Source of the DNA: Phoronis australis | Lineage: Eukaryota > Animalia > Phoronida | Assembly: GCA_002633005.1 (NCBI GenBank) | Contig: NMRA01000252.1 | Coordinates: 62,001-126,000 of the forward strand | DNA: 64,000 nucleotides | Direction of reading: 5' to 3' | In this document: piece by piece, positions 53,201 through 64,000 of the stretch | Position numbering within the stretch: the first letter of the stretch is position 1 | Layout of the letters: the number at the start of each line of letters is the position of its first letter | Notes under the pieces: model-generated | What the model was told of the DNA's origin: nothing | Databases searched by the model: none | The model's input: only the letters and a program-made list of their open reading frames with translations | Made by a program: the position numbers and the translations under genes

Positions 53201-54140
53201 TGTGCCTTTTTTAAAAGAATGCCAGAACTCTGATGTGCTGTTTTGTTTTTGTTGGCAGTGCGAATAGACTTGCTCGCCGAAAGCACGTCGCACTTTCGTT
53301 AACACTCATTTGTCAAATGGTTGAGATTCCACCAGAATACACCTCACGTCTGTCTACCATACAGCCAAGCAAAACATCAGAGAAAGACATCAGGATATTC
53401 ACGCGTCTGATGTTACTGCCAAACTTCTGTAAAAATCATCGATTTGTAGATGTTCCATTTCAAGATCGCCGCCGTCTGGTCTCGGATTAGTCCACGCCTA
53501 GTATATGTATTGTGTCAATGAAAAGAATAATGTGGTTATACACATTTTCAACCGGATATAACGCACCATTGATGGACTAAAGACACATGATCTGAGTTGC
53601 AACACACCGGGAGGATTTGTCATTTGTGGTTTGATTGAACGTTCGCGCGTAAAAGACGTTAAAAATTAGAAACAAATTTCTTATTAATTAGGGGGTTCGG
53701 CACAGTATTGACTGGCACTTTTCTTCAATGCTGCTAGTTTGAGTTTTGGTATTTGTTTGTACAAATCTGCAAAAATGGGGTTCACCGAATTAATTTTTCG
53801 AATGTAGTCCCTAAGCAAAGTCACTTCAAAATGTGAAATGTACACTTCTAATTAAAGTAATGATTAACATCCTATTGAAACAGATAAATTCTGTTGTACG
53901 ATGTCAGTGCTATGTTTCAACGTCTTTAAAACTTTTTCCCGGTTTACTAATTTCCTTATGTCGGCGTATGTCAGAAACGATTTTTTCTGGAAATTGAGTA
54001 CATCAAATTTTAGCCTTCTGACTTCTACACAAAAAGTCATGTCCATCGTGTCATGAACGAAATAAAAAACAGGGTGTCACCAAATTAGTTTTCGAACTAT
54101 TTTAACTCAAATAGTGTCACATTAAAATGCGTAAGTTGAT

Positions 54141-54231
54141 CTACTTAGAAGTGCGCCAACTGACCTACTTAGCAGTGAGCCAAGTTACCTACTTAGAAGT
54201 GCGCCAAGTTACCTACTTAGAAGTGCGCCAA
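54141..54231. repeat. Short tandem repeat, 24-bp unit, ~4 copies (possible TE subterminal repeats)
   Basis: Unit ctacttagaagtgcgccaagttac. Confidence 0.85.
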
Positions 54232-54329
54232 TTTTAAAATCAGGATTGCCCGGCTGCATTTTAGTAGACGGCCATTATGCTATGTCATTGAGATTGTGAA
54301 ACCAGTTTAGTTGATGGGAACAATCTAAA

Positions 54330-54424
54330 ACAGTGCTGCGGTGCCCATGGTCTATAGGCTGCGCACCACAGGGGGGTAGGGGGGGCTTTAGTCCCCCACT
54401 GTTTTCAGTGCTGCGCCGCCCATG
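54330..54424. mobile_element. Partial copy of the 41866-41992 MITE family
   Basis: Shares gcccatggtcta..acagggg..cccccact.ttttcagtgctg.gccgcccatg. Confidence 0.65.
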
Positions 54425-55473
54425 ACATGACCTTGCGGAACCAGCGAAGTCAATCAAGCGCAGCTAATGTCAACAAGGTAGCATAATCTTTATCCAGTGA
54501 ATTGCAGCGACTGAGGTAATCGTTATCTTTTTAGAAGATCAAGTAGCTAAAAACGAAGTCGGGGACTCGATGTTTTTCTTAATTCACAGAAAACGCGATG
54601 GGCATCAAACTCAAACATAAAAGAAATAAATAAACGTGTCGTTTTGTGCATGAGGTATTCAAAATTCAGAAAAAAGCAGCATCTATTTACGTCGACGCAA
54701 ATCAATAAAGCGATTAAAACACAAAACTAAAATTAATAAAAACTAATGTTTCAACGAAGTTAATACGTTTTCGAAAGGGTTTCGATAGTTAGCTTTACGA
54801 GAGGCGAATTTTCAGCAACCCACACATATTTCCCATTTTTGTCAAAGGTGGCTTAAGATATAACGGAAAAACCAATGCGGTGACCCCGTATTTTTGATTA
54901 TTCGTAGGCAATGACCACAACATAAATATGAAAATTCAAAGAGAAATTCGTAGATAATTCAAACTTCTGTGAATTTACGACTGCCTTGGAGTGATACACG
55001 CGAAGTATAGATGTACAGTTGCCATGGACGGTAACGGACGAAATCTGGCTCTGCTCCGTGCTTGGGCACGTGGTTATTCTGAAAGTCACGTGGTGACATA
55101 AATACACGCTATTACACGCCAAAGTTGACGCGCCTCTCTTGCCTGCGACGATACTTTCATTCAACTCTAGCTACATTGTCGCCGTAGACAACTTACGTAA
55201 GCTTTCAACTTACTGACCCGGAGTCTGGGCACTCGACACCGTATATTTTGACATGTTGTACCATCTTAAAAGAGGAATGGATGCCCATCCTTTTTATCGA
55301 GTTGGCAAGATCAAGCCCACACTTTTGGTTATGCTTGAAAACTTGTACTCAGTGAAAAGCGACAAACAATTTGTAAGGACTTGATGCTAACAACGAAAAA
55401 AAAAAAACGTTACAATATTTTTGACACGACAAACGTGTCTTACATAAAATAGAAAACCCTTCTTTTGGAGTTC

Positions 55474-55719
55474 CATGGGCGCACCCAAGGGGGCCCCAAT
55501 TTGGCAAATTGGGCAAAAAGGTCCGCCTCAATGAAAAAAAAGGTCCGAGTAAATGAGACAAAAGTCCGCAAAGTCCACAGGAATTCGGCGCGGATGCACG
55601 ATTGGCTGGCTTAAACCTAGTGGCCCCGTTTTTTTTAGTCCTCGTTGATTTTAGTCATTAAAAAGTCCGCACATCGAAGAATTCGAGCCCCCCTACATTT
55701 TAGGCTGGGTGCAAACATG
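55474..55719. mobile_element. hAT-like MITE with a 5-bp TSD
   Basis: TIRs catgggcgcaccca and tgggtgcaaacatg. Perfect TSD agttc (55469-55473, 55720-55724). Confidence 0.8.
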
Positions 55720-56767
55720 AGTTCTGTTGCAAAAACTTACTCTCTTGAAAAATTGCTGGCCCATTAACTCAAATTAAACTTGTCATTGGAAATTTAATCG
55801 GAAAAGGCACCTTCTGGCGATGAAATATTCACCGTTTTGAAGGGCCCGTCTGGTATACACCATCTGCATGAGTACTTCCGCGCTTAGCTCATGTACGTTG
55901 TGGAGGACCTTTAGCCGCTGTCTACATTTAAGCCTGACTGCACCAACAGATCATGAAATTTACGGTCAATGTAACTGTCAACCTTTCCGGATTTTCCTCA
56001 AACATTCAGTTAAGTCACATACTGCATAACATTATAACAATCCTATATTTTCTTCACATAGCGCGTTACCAAATATGCACGTTGTTACTTGTAGGTACCA
56101 AATCTTTATTAGCCGTTTTCAAGCCTTTTGATTTTTCAATTTTTGAGACGTTTAAACATCGATTTCTCTTTAGTTGAGTTGTTGAACATATATCTGTTCC
56201 GTATCCAAGGGAATCGTGTTTCAAACAACAGAGAAGTTGAATTCAAAAATTAAGACTTGTAAAAATTTTTAACTTGAATTTGATGGATGATATCTTTGTT
56301 GTTTGCTGGTAAATAAAAAATCCTGAGGCACATTTCTCGGAGTATTGACGACAGTTTGGACAAAGAGTTCAAACACGCAGTCACCGACAACTTAGGTTTT
56401 TAGAAATTCACATTCAAATATATTCAGTAATGACTATATTCTCAAAACTTAACTGTCAACTTGTTACAAACGATTGCATGACACTATAGGTTGAAAATGG
56501 GCAGCTAAAAATGTTATTTGATCAATTGCGAAAGGACTTCAAAAAGTTGACAGTTATCTTAGTGAGACAGGACATGCATAAAACCTATATATACACCAGT
56601 ACTGCTTTGGTTTGCAAGTGTCTTTAAAAGTAATTAATTATTCGTACTTGCTAAATGGGGCCAGTATCACTAGAACACGATGTTACTTTCCAACGTGACA
56701 ACGAAAATTTAGTAGTATGAAAAACAGGTTGAAGGTGCGGATTCTATATTCTGCCATCTGTTTTCAG

Positions 56768-56860
56768 GTGCACAATGTGATATTGTATCCTGAGCGACAC
56801 GCCTGGTGTGAAGGCAAACCCATCCACCAGGTGATAGGACACGAAGATTGTGAACCAAAG
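56768..56860 (+). CDS. NBL1: NBL1/DAN coding exon 2
   Basis: ttttcag|VHNVILYPERHAWCEGKPIHQVIGHEDCEPK|gtgagt. Matches human NBL1 [28 protein letters not shown]. Confidence 0.93.
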
Positions 56861-57819
56861 GTGAGTTGGCAAAAATCAATCTTGCCATGTATGCCCGTAC
56901 GCACACACTGTATAGAGAAATACTATAATGGTTAAAGAAATCAAATTTATGTGTCTGAAATCGTGGCCAGAGTCTCTTTTTAAAATGTCTTCAATGTAAT
57001 TTAAAATAAATTATTAGTTCTCTGCATTTTTCTGAGTTAAGATTGGTGACATTCAGCGTTATATTTATTCCTTATCCAAAACGTGCATTTCACAATTATA
57101 TTACGGTTATCTTGTATGTCTTTATTTGTATAAATCATCCATCAAATACAGTTTTGCTGAACTTACGACTGATACTTTATGCCTGCTGTCGGAGTGATGG
57201 CGAGGGGTCGATTCATAACCAGGCTTAAAAGTTTCATAGAAATGCCCACTGTGCGAATAACTTAATTTTTGTTGAAAACATCATGACAACCGAGGTTAAA
57301 ACCCTTAGGCGGTAAAAATGCTGACAGAGACTGTTTTACTTTCTAATTGATAACATTTTAGAAGATTCCTGTCAATTACGGTATTCCGCCGTTAATGCGT
57401 ACATGCATTTATGTGCGTGCATGCATGTATGTGTGTGCATGCATAGTATCTCAGCCTGACATGTAACATGTCTTTTGCTGCGAACTTAACGGACCGGACC
57501 GGTCTTATGAAATTTTTCGATAATTCGTGTTGTACAGAATCATTTCACAACTATCCAACTCCTGTTGATTCTATACTTGTGAGACTATTTCATCGTAACG
57601 GCGCTCCGTCCGGGCAACAAGAAGTCAAACATTACCTTTTGCCTGTGTATATTTATTTAATATTCATTCATCGCAAATCTGGTAAATACTATATTGTATG
57701 GCAAAACAACAATAAAAACACTATTACAAAAAGTACGATAAACAGAAATAATATACAGAAGCTGACTTTAGCCAATAGTGAATCAAATCAAATAAACAAA
57801 TAAACGCGGAAGAATCAGG

Positions 57820-57890
57820 AACCCGAACTGGATATCGAAGCACAGATCTGTACAATAAGGGTCTAGTGATCTTACCACTGAGCTGTGTAA
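57820..57890 (-). mobile_element. Degenerate tRNA-derived SINE head
   Basis: Minus-strand A box agctcagtggtaaga and weak B box cttcgatatcc at tRNA-like spacing. Confidence 0.3.
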
Positions 57891-58171
57891 TTACTGTCTG
57901 CAGCCAACTGTTATGTCATCCATCCCACGACCGGCATCTCGCCTTTTTCACAATAGATTTGGATAATTATATAGTCAACAATTTACCAGCATGTGTTAAT
58001 TAGATATAGTAGATTATTCTGATCGTTCACTGACTTGTGGAGGTGGAATGAGAGCGATCGCCCACTTTTAGATGTTATAATGTACAAATGTATGTACGGA
58101 TGTATGGCGAAATGCTGCTCTTTTAATGAAATTGTTGGATTGCTGTCACTGTTCATTCTGCTTCAGTTATA

Positions 58172-58697
58172 AATGAGTGGCGAAGTAGCCCATTAAATGC
58201 GTAGAGAAGTAGCACATTCAATGTGTGGAGAAGTAGCACATTAAATGTGTTGAGAAGCGGCACATTAAATGAGTGGAGAAGTAGCACATTAAATGAGTGG
58301 AGAAGTAGCACATTAAATGTGTTGAGAAGTAGCACATTAAATGTGTTGAGAAGCAGCACATTAAATGAGTGGAGAAGTAGCACATTAAATGTGTGTCGAA
58401 GTAAAACATTAAATGTGTAGAGAAGTAGCACAGTAAATGTGTTGAGAAATAGCACATTATTTGAGTGGAGAAGTAGCATATTAAATGTGTTCAGAAGTAG
58501 CACATTAAATGAGTGGAGAAGTAGCACATTAAATGTGCGGAGAAGTAGCACATTAAATGTGTGGAGAAGTAGCACATTAAATGTGTGGAGAAGTAGCACA
58601 TTAAATGTGTTGAGAAGTAGCACATTAAATGAGTGGAGAAGTAGCATATTAAATGTGTGGAGAAGTAGAACATTAAGTGAGTGGAGTAGTAACACAT
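58172..58697. repeat. Minisatellite, 24-bp unit, ~22 copies
   Basis: Unit agaagtagcacattaaatg(a/t)gtgg. It explains the 8-aa periodic ORFs. Confidence 0.97.
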
Positions 58698-58711
58698 AAA
58701 TGCGACTGCTT

Positions 58712-61700
58712 TGATACGCCGTAAAATGTAACAATTTCGTAAAATGTAACAGCTATTACTTTACGTCATTGTTACAATTTACATTTCTAGGCCTCTCCTG
58801 AAATGTAACCAGTTGTTACATTTTGTGCAATTGTTAAAAATCACGTCGACTGCACATGCGAAAAATGTACTATTGCTACATTTTACGAAAGCGACGTCAT
58901 ATTTCATGAGTTTTCATGGTATTTGTCACAGGGAGGAAAGCATCTCACCCACTTAAGGCCTTCTTTCTCGTATTGTTTGAATAGAATTCTGTCAAATGTG
59001 CACGTTCGAATTTACAGATGTGTCCCCATTTGCTTTCCATGGTTTTTCAACATTAGTAGTTTCATGGTACAGTAAAAAATTTACCCCCCCTCCCACATTT
59101 TCAAATCCAGACGAAAGGAGTTTCCAAGATCAGGCAACAAGTTTTTAATTGTTAAATCGTGCTTGCAATCTTTTGTTGGCGCTCACAGGTTAACATTTAT
59201 CGTATTTTTGGATACAAACGACAATAACAAAAGTTTTTAAAGAGAAAATTCAATTTCGGAAGCCAATTTGAAAGAAAAAACTCTCGTTTTAGTCCACGAT
59301 AGTTTGGTTTATTTCAGCCAGTGTTTTGGTACCTTGGAGTCATCGATAATGCAGTAATTGTCCTGCTTCACTAAAAGGAGTCAGACCAAAGTTTCTGATG
59401 CCGACAGTTTCTGTTTACCTCTTTAGTTACGAATGATAATTTCTTTTTAAAACACTGTGGTGGAAGGAAATAAAAGCACGCATTTATTTGCAGGCAGTTT
59501 GACAGATTTTACCAATACAACAGCCCGAGAAGGGCAAGCCAATAGTTTCAAAAAGTGGCGGCAAAGTAACGTGTTTTAAACAGCTTGAAAGATATGACGT
59601 CAAACGTGTCTGAAATAGTGGTGGTAACAACAGATCAAACTAATGTTTTGGCTTTCTGAAAGTACATGATCATGTTGCTCAAAGGTCGATAGTTTAAATA
59701 GACCATAGTCCAAAAAAGTTGACTGTCGGCCTTTCGGACTGCAAAAACATGCACTTTCTCTTTCTGTTATCTTTTACGATAAAATGTGAATTAAAATTTC
59801 TATTTGGTTAGTGTTCGTTATTTCGAAGCACATATAATTAAAGACAAAGATTGGACATTCTGCTATCAGTGGACGTGAAGCCACGTGTCTCATGAGGCGC
59901 CATTTTTGTGTTGCAGCTCGCTGTTAACAACAGACGTGGTTGTAGGCAGATAAGGTGATTTGGTTTATTAACGCTTTTGATACATCGCATAAAAAGCACA
60001 TATTAAATATCGCTGACTTCGACGTTGGCCGTTTTTGTTCAACACAATCCACTTTCAATGAAACCTAGTTCAAATCACTCTTTTAAATCACTGTGGTTTT
60101 CCACATGAAATTGTCGCGTGTTTTGTATGTCCGTAACCAGCTAGTCAAATGACCCGGTGACCGCAGCCTTGGCCGACTAGTCGTTAGTTCTCGAAAAATG
60201 TTTGTCTTCAGAATTCAACTTAACGCAACTTATGAAGTTACACATCATTGTGGAACGAGCCCCAGTTCTTTTAAACGGAATGTTTTCAACAAGGGCCAAA
60301 ATTATTACCCGGTGGGTATCCTCACGTTTAGATGTATGTCGCAAGTAAAAGTTTGCGGCCTGAATTCAATTCTTTTTGGCAAAATAAAGAAGGATATAGT
60401 TGTATCAAAAAACAATACAGTGCTTGCTGATAGTTCAGAAATAATAAATTTTTGAAGTTGGTGGAGGTCTAAACAAGATTTTAAATCTCAACCTTCTCGT
60501 TTCAAAAAAGTAGGCCTACTCTGCACCCACAGCTGTTAAGACGTTTCTCTCAATATCGTTAAGGATATCTCCAACCTTATTCACAAAAATTGGCCAGTTT
60601 TACAACATTTCACTTGTGTTTAGCAAAATACCTTCTCTTCATTCTCTGGGAACTTCAAATACAAAATATATACCGCGTAGCAAGAAAACAATGATTTAGC
60701 AGAACCACCTTGGAACCGCACAACCGCGTGGATATTTGTTTACTACTTATCCAAGGTCAAAGGTTAAATGGCTTTGAATTAAATCGAACCTTCCGCCAGG
60801 TACAGAACAGCTTCGTATACCCTTAGTTCTTTCATTCACAAAGTTGCCATAACATTGAGCAAACGAGGTGTACTTATGATAGAATGGTGCCGCGGAAAAC
60901 AAAAACAAGTCTCCCAGCACGTGACGTGTACAGGCTATGAACTGTGACCTACTTAGAAAGGAGGTCGTAAACAACAATAAAAGTTGACTGGGAACGATAC
61001 GTCTATTTGAGGTTTTAGTGATAATTAAGTTAGTTACGTACTGCAAAATCAGTTGACATTGCGAGTGAACGTTGAAATATCTAACATAGTTAAGGATTAT
61101 ATAGGTTATGTTTACCGAAAACAAGTTTTCACCGAATATTTAAGCGAAGACTTTGAGATTCTCACTCGTCCCAGTTTAATCAGCTTTTTCTCGGCTACGG
61201 CAAATCGACTTTATTTGAACTTAGGAACACTAGTTCTCGAAAACGGCCTGATGGATTTCGCTGAAACTTTACGAACTTAATATTTAGTCATCAGTCCCAA
61301 AAAATCTATTAGGATTTTTGATATAAAGGCCTAGTTTTTGCATAATGTGACAAAGACGAATACAACTTCAATTTTTTACAAAAATACCTTACGTTTTGCG
61401 AGTTGATTTGTCATAGGAAAAAAAACACACTAATTGAAAATTCCTAAAAGCGTTTTTGAGGTAACTGGTGAAGTTTTCATATACCCGTAAAAAAGATTCC
61501 ATTAAAATCGACCAAGGGGTTATTTTGCTATGAATGTACCTTTCTTAAAAATGAAATTTTGACTTAAAACGGTTTTTGCGTAAAAATATTGGAGCATAAA
61601 TACCAAAAAGTATATTTATATTTCCTGGTCTTTGTTCTTTCAGAAAATATATACTTTTAGTAGTTGACGAAGCTTAGTTTTTTGATATACGAGTTGGAGG

Positions 61701-62555
61701 CCTCTAAATAAGGCTGGAGTCAACATTCAGGCTGAACATAGGAAGCCCTTTAAAATCCTTTTGAAGCTACATTAATCCACTGTCCACTGTGGGACGCTGA
61801 ACCATACATGAGATGATTTTAAAATGTTTGACGACCATGATGTATTGTGTCCTCGTTAAATAAATCGAAACTTAATAATAATAATAATAATAATAAAACG
61901 ATAACGAGTAATAGTAGTGGTAGTGGCAATAGTAGTAATTGCAGTAATAGTCGTAATAGTAGTAATAGAAATGTAATACTAATAAAAATGATAATGGGTG
62001 GCCAAATTCATGCCGTGTTAGCCGAAGAGTATCCTTTAGAAGAGGTACACGAAAAATGTCGCCCAAAAGGGTATTTTGTTCACAGCAAAAAATACTCTCC
62101 AATATGGTGCCACTTTCGACAAAATAGCATATAAAAGGGTGCCTTTTCTGAATTTCTGGAAGAGAACTGCGTGAAATGTGAATTTTTATACAAAATTAGT
62201 CCCTAAATGGGTCACTTGTTTGTCCGAGCCCACTCTCTAAACGGGTAAGTATCCAATTTTTTCGGGCGGCACCCCTCGTCCAAAAATACCCCTGTACCCC
62301 CGCCGTGTCTGATTGGCCATTTGTTCGTGATTTTGGTCATTTTCTTTGTAATATGACCTTGATTTCGTAAAATGTAAGAATAGTACATTTCTCGCATGTG
62401 CATTCGACGTGAAATGTAACAACTACGTATGTTGCTAAGCCTCTCCTAAAATATAACAAGTTGTTACATTTTAGGAGAGGCTTAGCAACATAAAATGTAA
62501 CAGTGACGTAAAATGGTACATTTTACGAAATTGTTACATTTTACGGCGTATCACA
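58712..62555. mobile_element. Ginger-like non-autonomous DNA transposon (3.8 kb) in an NBL1 intron, with nested fragments
   Basis: The left end tgatacgccgtaaaatgtaacaatttcgtaaaatgta is the exact reverse complement of sequence at the right end (..cggcgtatcaca). The ~200-bp TIR regions are built of aaatgtaaca repeats. 4-bp TSD gctt (58708-58711, 62556-62559). Confidence 0.75.
61872..61996. repeat. (TAA)n/(TAG)n microsatellite
   Basis: Direct inspection. Confidence 0.85.
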
Positions 62556-63467
62556 GCTTCATTCTCCGTGAATTGAGAAGGAGCCTTACGGCTATGGTTT
62601 AGCTTAGGCCAGCTGAGTGGCATTTTTGTTTTTCATTGACAAAAATACTGCAGCTCAAGTTTGAGAGGACAAACACTGTATCTTTTCAATCAAATGCAAT
62701 AGCTCATATGACGGACACATTTTCTCTCGTCAAGCCGGCGTAACCCCGTCGTAACCCGGGATGAACAACTAGACTTCCCTTCGAGGGGTATAGCTAGGCT
62801 AATTCCTGTTAACCTGTAGTTATTAAGATGTTAAAAAGACCAATAACAGTGTAACCCTTTGAAATGACCTGAACTCTGAATTCCCTCAACAGCAAAAGTG
62901 CAATTCGTGAAAACATGGAGTTGTCAAACAATTTAGATACGCAACCACGCTTGTACATGAAACTTGATAATTCTCAACTTCGTCCTTTATTTATAGTATT
63001 GCACTTTCCCGGTCACAGTTCGTTCATGACTCGAGTATCCTGTTTTAGATTTTTGCAAGTAAGCATTCATATTTTCTTTCGAACAGTTTTAAAACACCGT
63101 CAAAACAAGTGCTCAATATAAATAGAGACTGTTTCATGACAGCAACGAATGCCTCTTAACGCCATTCACAAACATCTGATAGAGATGAAAGTCCTGTTTC
63201 ATCCATGAGAGGAATCATCACTTTGCAAAGTTTTGGATTTCTGTTTGCGTATATGAAGTTGTGAATATATTTTGGATACAGCAGTGTGTAGTATTCCAGG
63301 GCTCTCTCCAACTAAGAAGAAGAAACAATTTTAATTAAGGGAACATCTTGAGGAAAACAGACGGAAATTAGCAATCTATCAATATACAATTGGCTGAAAT
63401 GGTTAGCTGGCATGTTTCCAAAATAATATTTTACCATTTTAACATCATTCTGCTAATGTTTTTTCAG

Positions 63468-63599
63468 GTGATTGGCAACTCGGTTTGTGTCGGTCAGTGT
63501 TTCACGTACTCTGTTCCCAGAACAATCCCGGTGAACCCCGAGGACAACATGCTGCACTACTGCGACTCCTGCCGGCCAGCTGAGGTCACATGGAAACAG
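63468..63599 (+). CDS. NBL1: NBL1/DAN coding exon 3 (cystine-knot CxGxC); the gene continues beyond the window
   Basis: ttttcag|VIGNSVCVGQCFTYSVPRTIPVNPEDNMLHYCDSCRPAEVTWKQ|gtgcgt. Matches human NBL1 ACLGQCFSYSVPNTFP..HCDSCMPAQSMWE. Confidence 0.95.
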
Positions 63600-64000
63600 G
63601 TGCGTGGCAGTGAGTAGTAATCTTCCCTCTGATACAGCGTCACCTATACTGAAAAGTGTCCCTGTGGAAACATTATGAACGACGCACGAATTCCGTGGGT
63701 GGGCATGAATGCCCATGCTTGGTCGGAAATTTATCGATCACATCGCCACCACTTGCACACGCCTTCAGTGCACTGTACTTGTTTGGGCTTAGCCACGGGA
63801 TCAGAGTTCTCTTGATTTTGTTTACTGCAATAACTGCCCGTTTTATTAAATTGCAACTATTCAAGTCAAAGGTGGTCGCCATACTACATAACGGTAAACT
63901 GAAAGGGGTTTCCCAGATTTCTACCAATCGGAATGACTGAATTTTATGACGTCGGTTTCATTACTTTAACCAATAAGAAGCCATGATAAACAACATTGCA

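Noticed and set aside
6744-58697. Tandem arrays as possible CRISPR arrays
   Set aside because: The units are head-to-tail with no unique spacers, there are no cas genes, and the context is eukaryotic.
58153-58734. 193-aa periodic ORF, and similar ORFs at 42709-43143, 26730-27075 and 43378-43673
   Set aside because: They are by-products of stop-free tandem repeats open on both strands, and they lie in introns or intergenic DNA.

Overview
Eukaryotic, AT-rich, intron-containing animal DNA, most likely from a marine invertebrate. The MyoD sequence looks lophotrochozoan, but that is inference. Three genes can be rebuilt by hand from splice sites, and the ORF track shows them only in part. (1) A complete 3-exon MyoD/MRF bHLH gene on + (23308-24153, 33324-33402, 40664-40797; 352 aa). 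(2) An almost intronless PDE10-like GAF-GAF-phosphodiesterase gene on - (48212-46353, 46130-45486; 834 aa). It keeps the Zn ligands but has lost the invariant substrate-binding Gln and other pocket residues. (3) The first three coding exons of an NBL1/DAN-family BMP antagonist on + (50151-50243, 56768-56860, 63468-63599), head-to-head with the PDE and continuing beyond the window. The rest is repetitive: a decayed LINE with nested Crypton-like, ISL2EU-like and 5-bp-TSD hAT-like insertions, a 3.8-kb Ginger-like element, Harbinger-like MITEs, about 9 unrelated minisatellites, and a probable decayed multi-fibrinogen-domain gene. The best novelty candidate is the retrocopy-like PDE10 paralog with a remodelled active site and a CRE plus X-box upstream. 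I found no CRISPR array, rRNA or prokaryotic-type system. All reference comparisons are from memory, not database searches.
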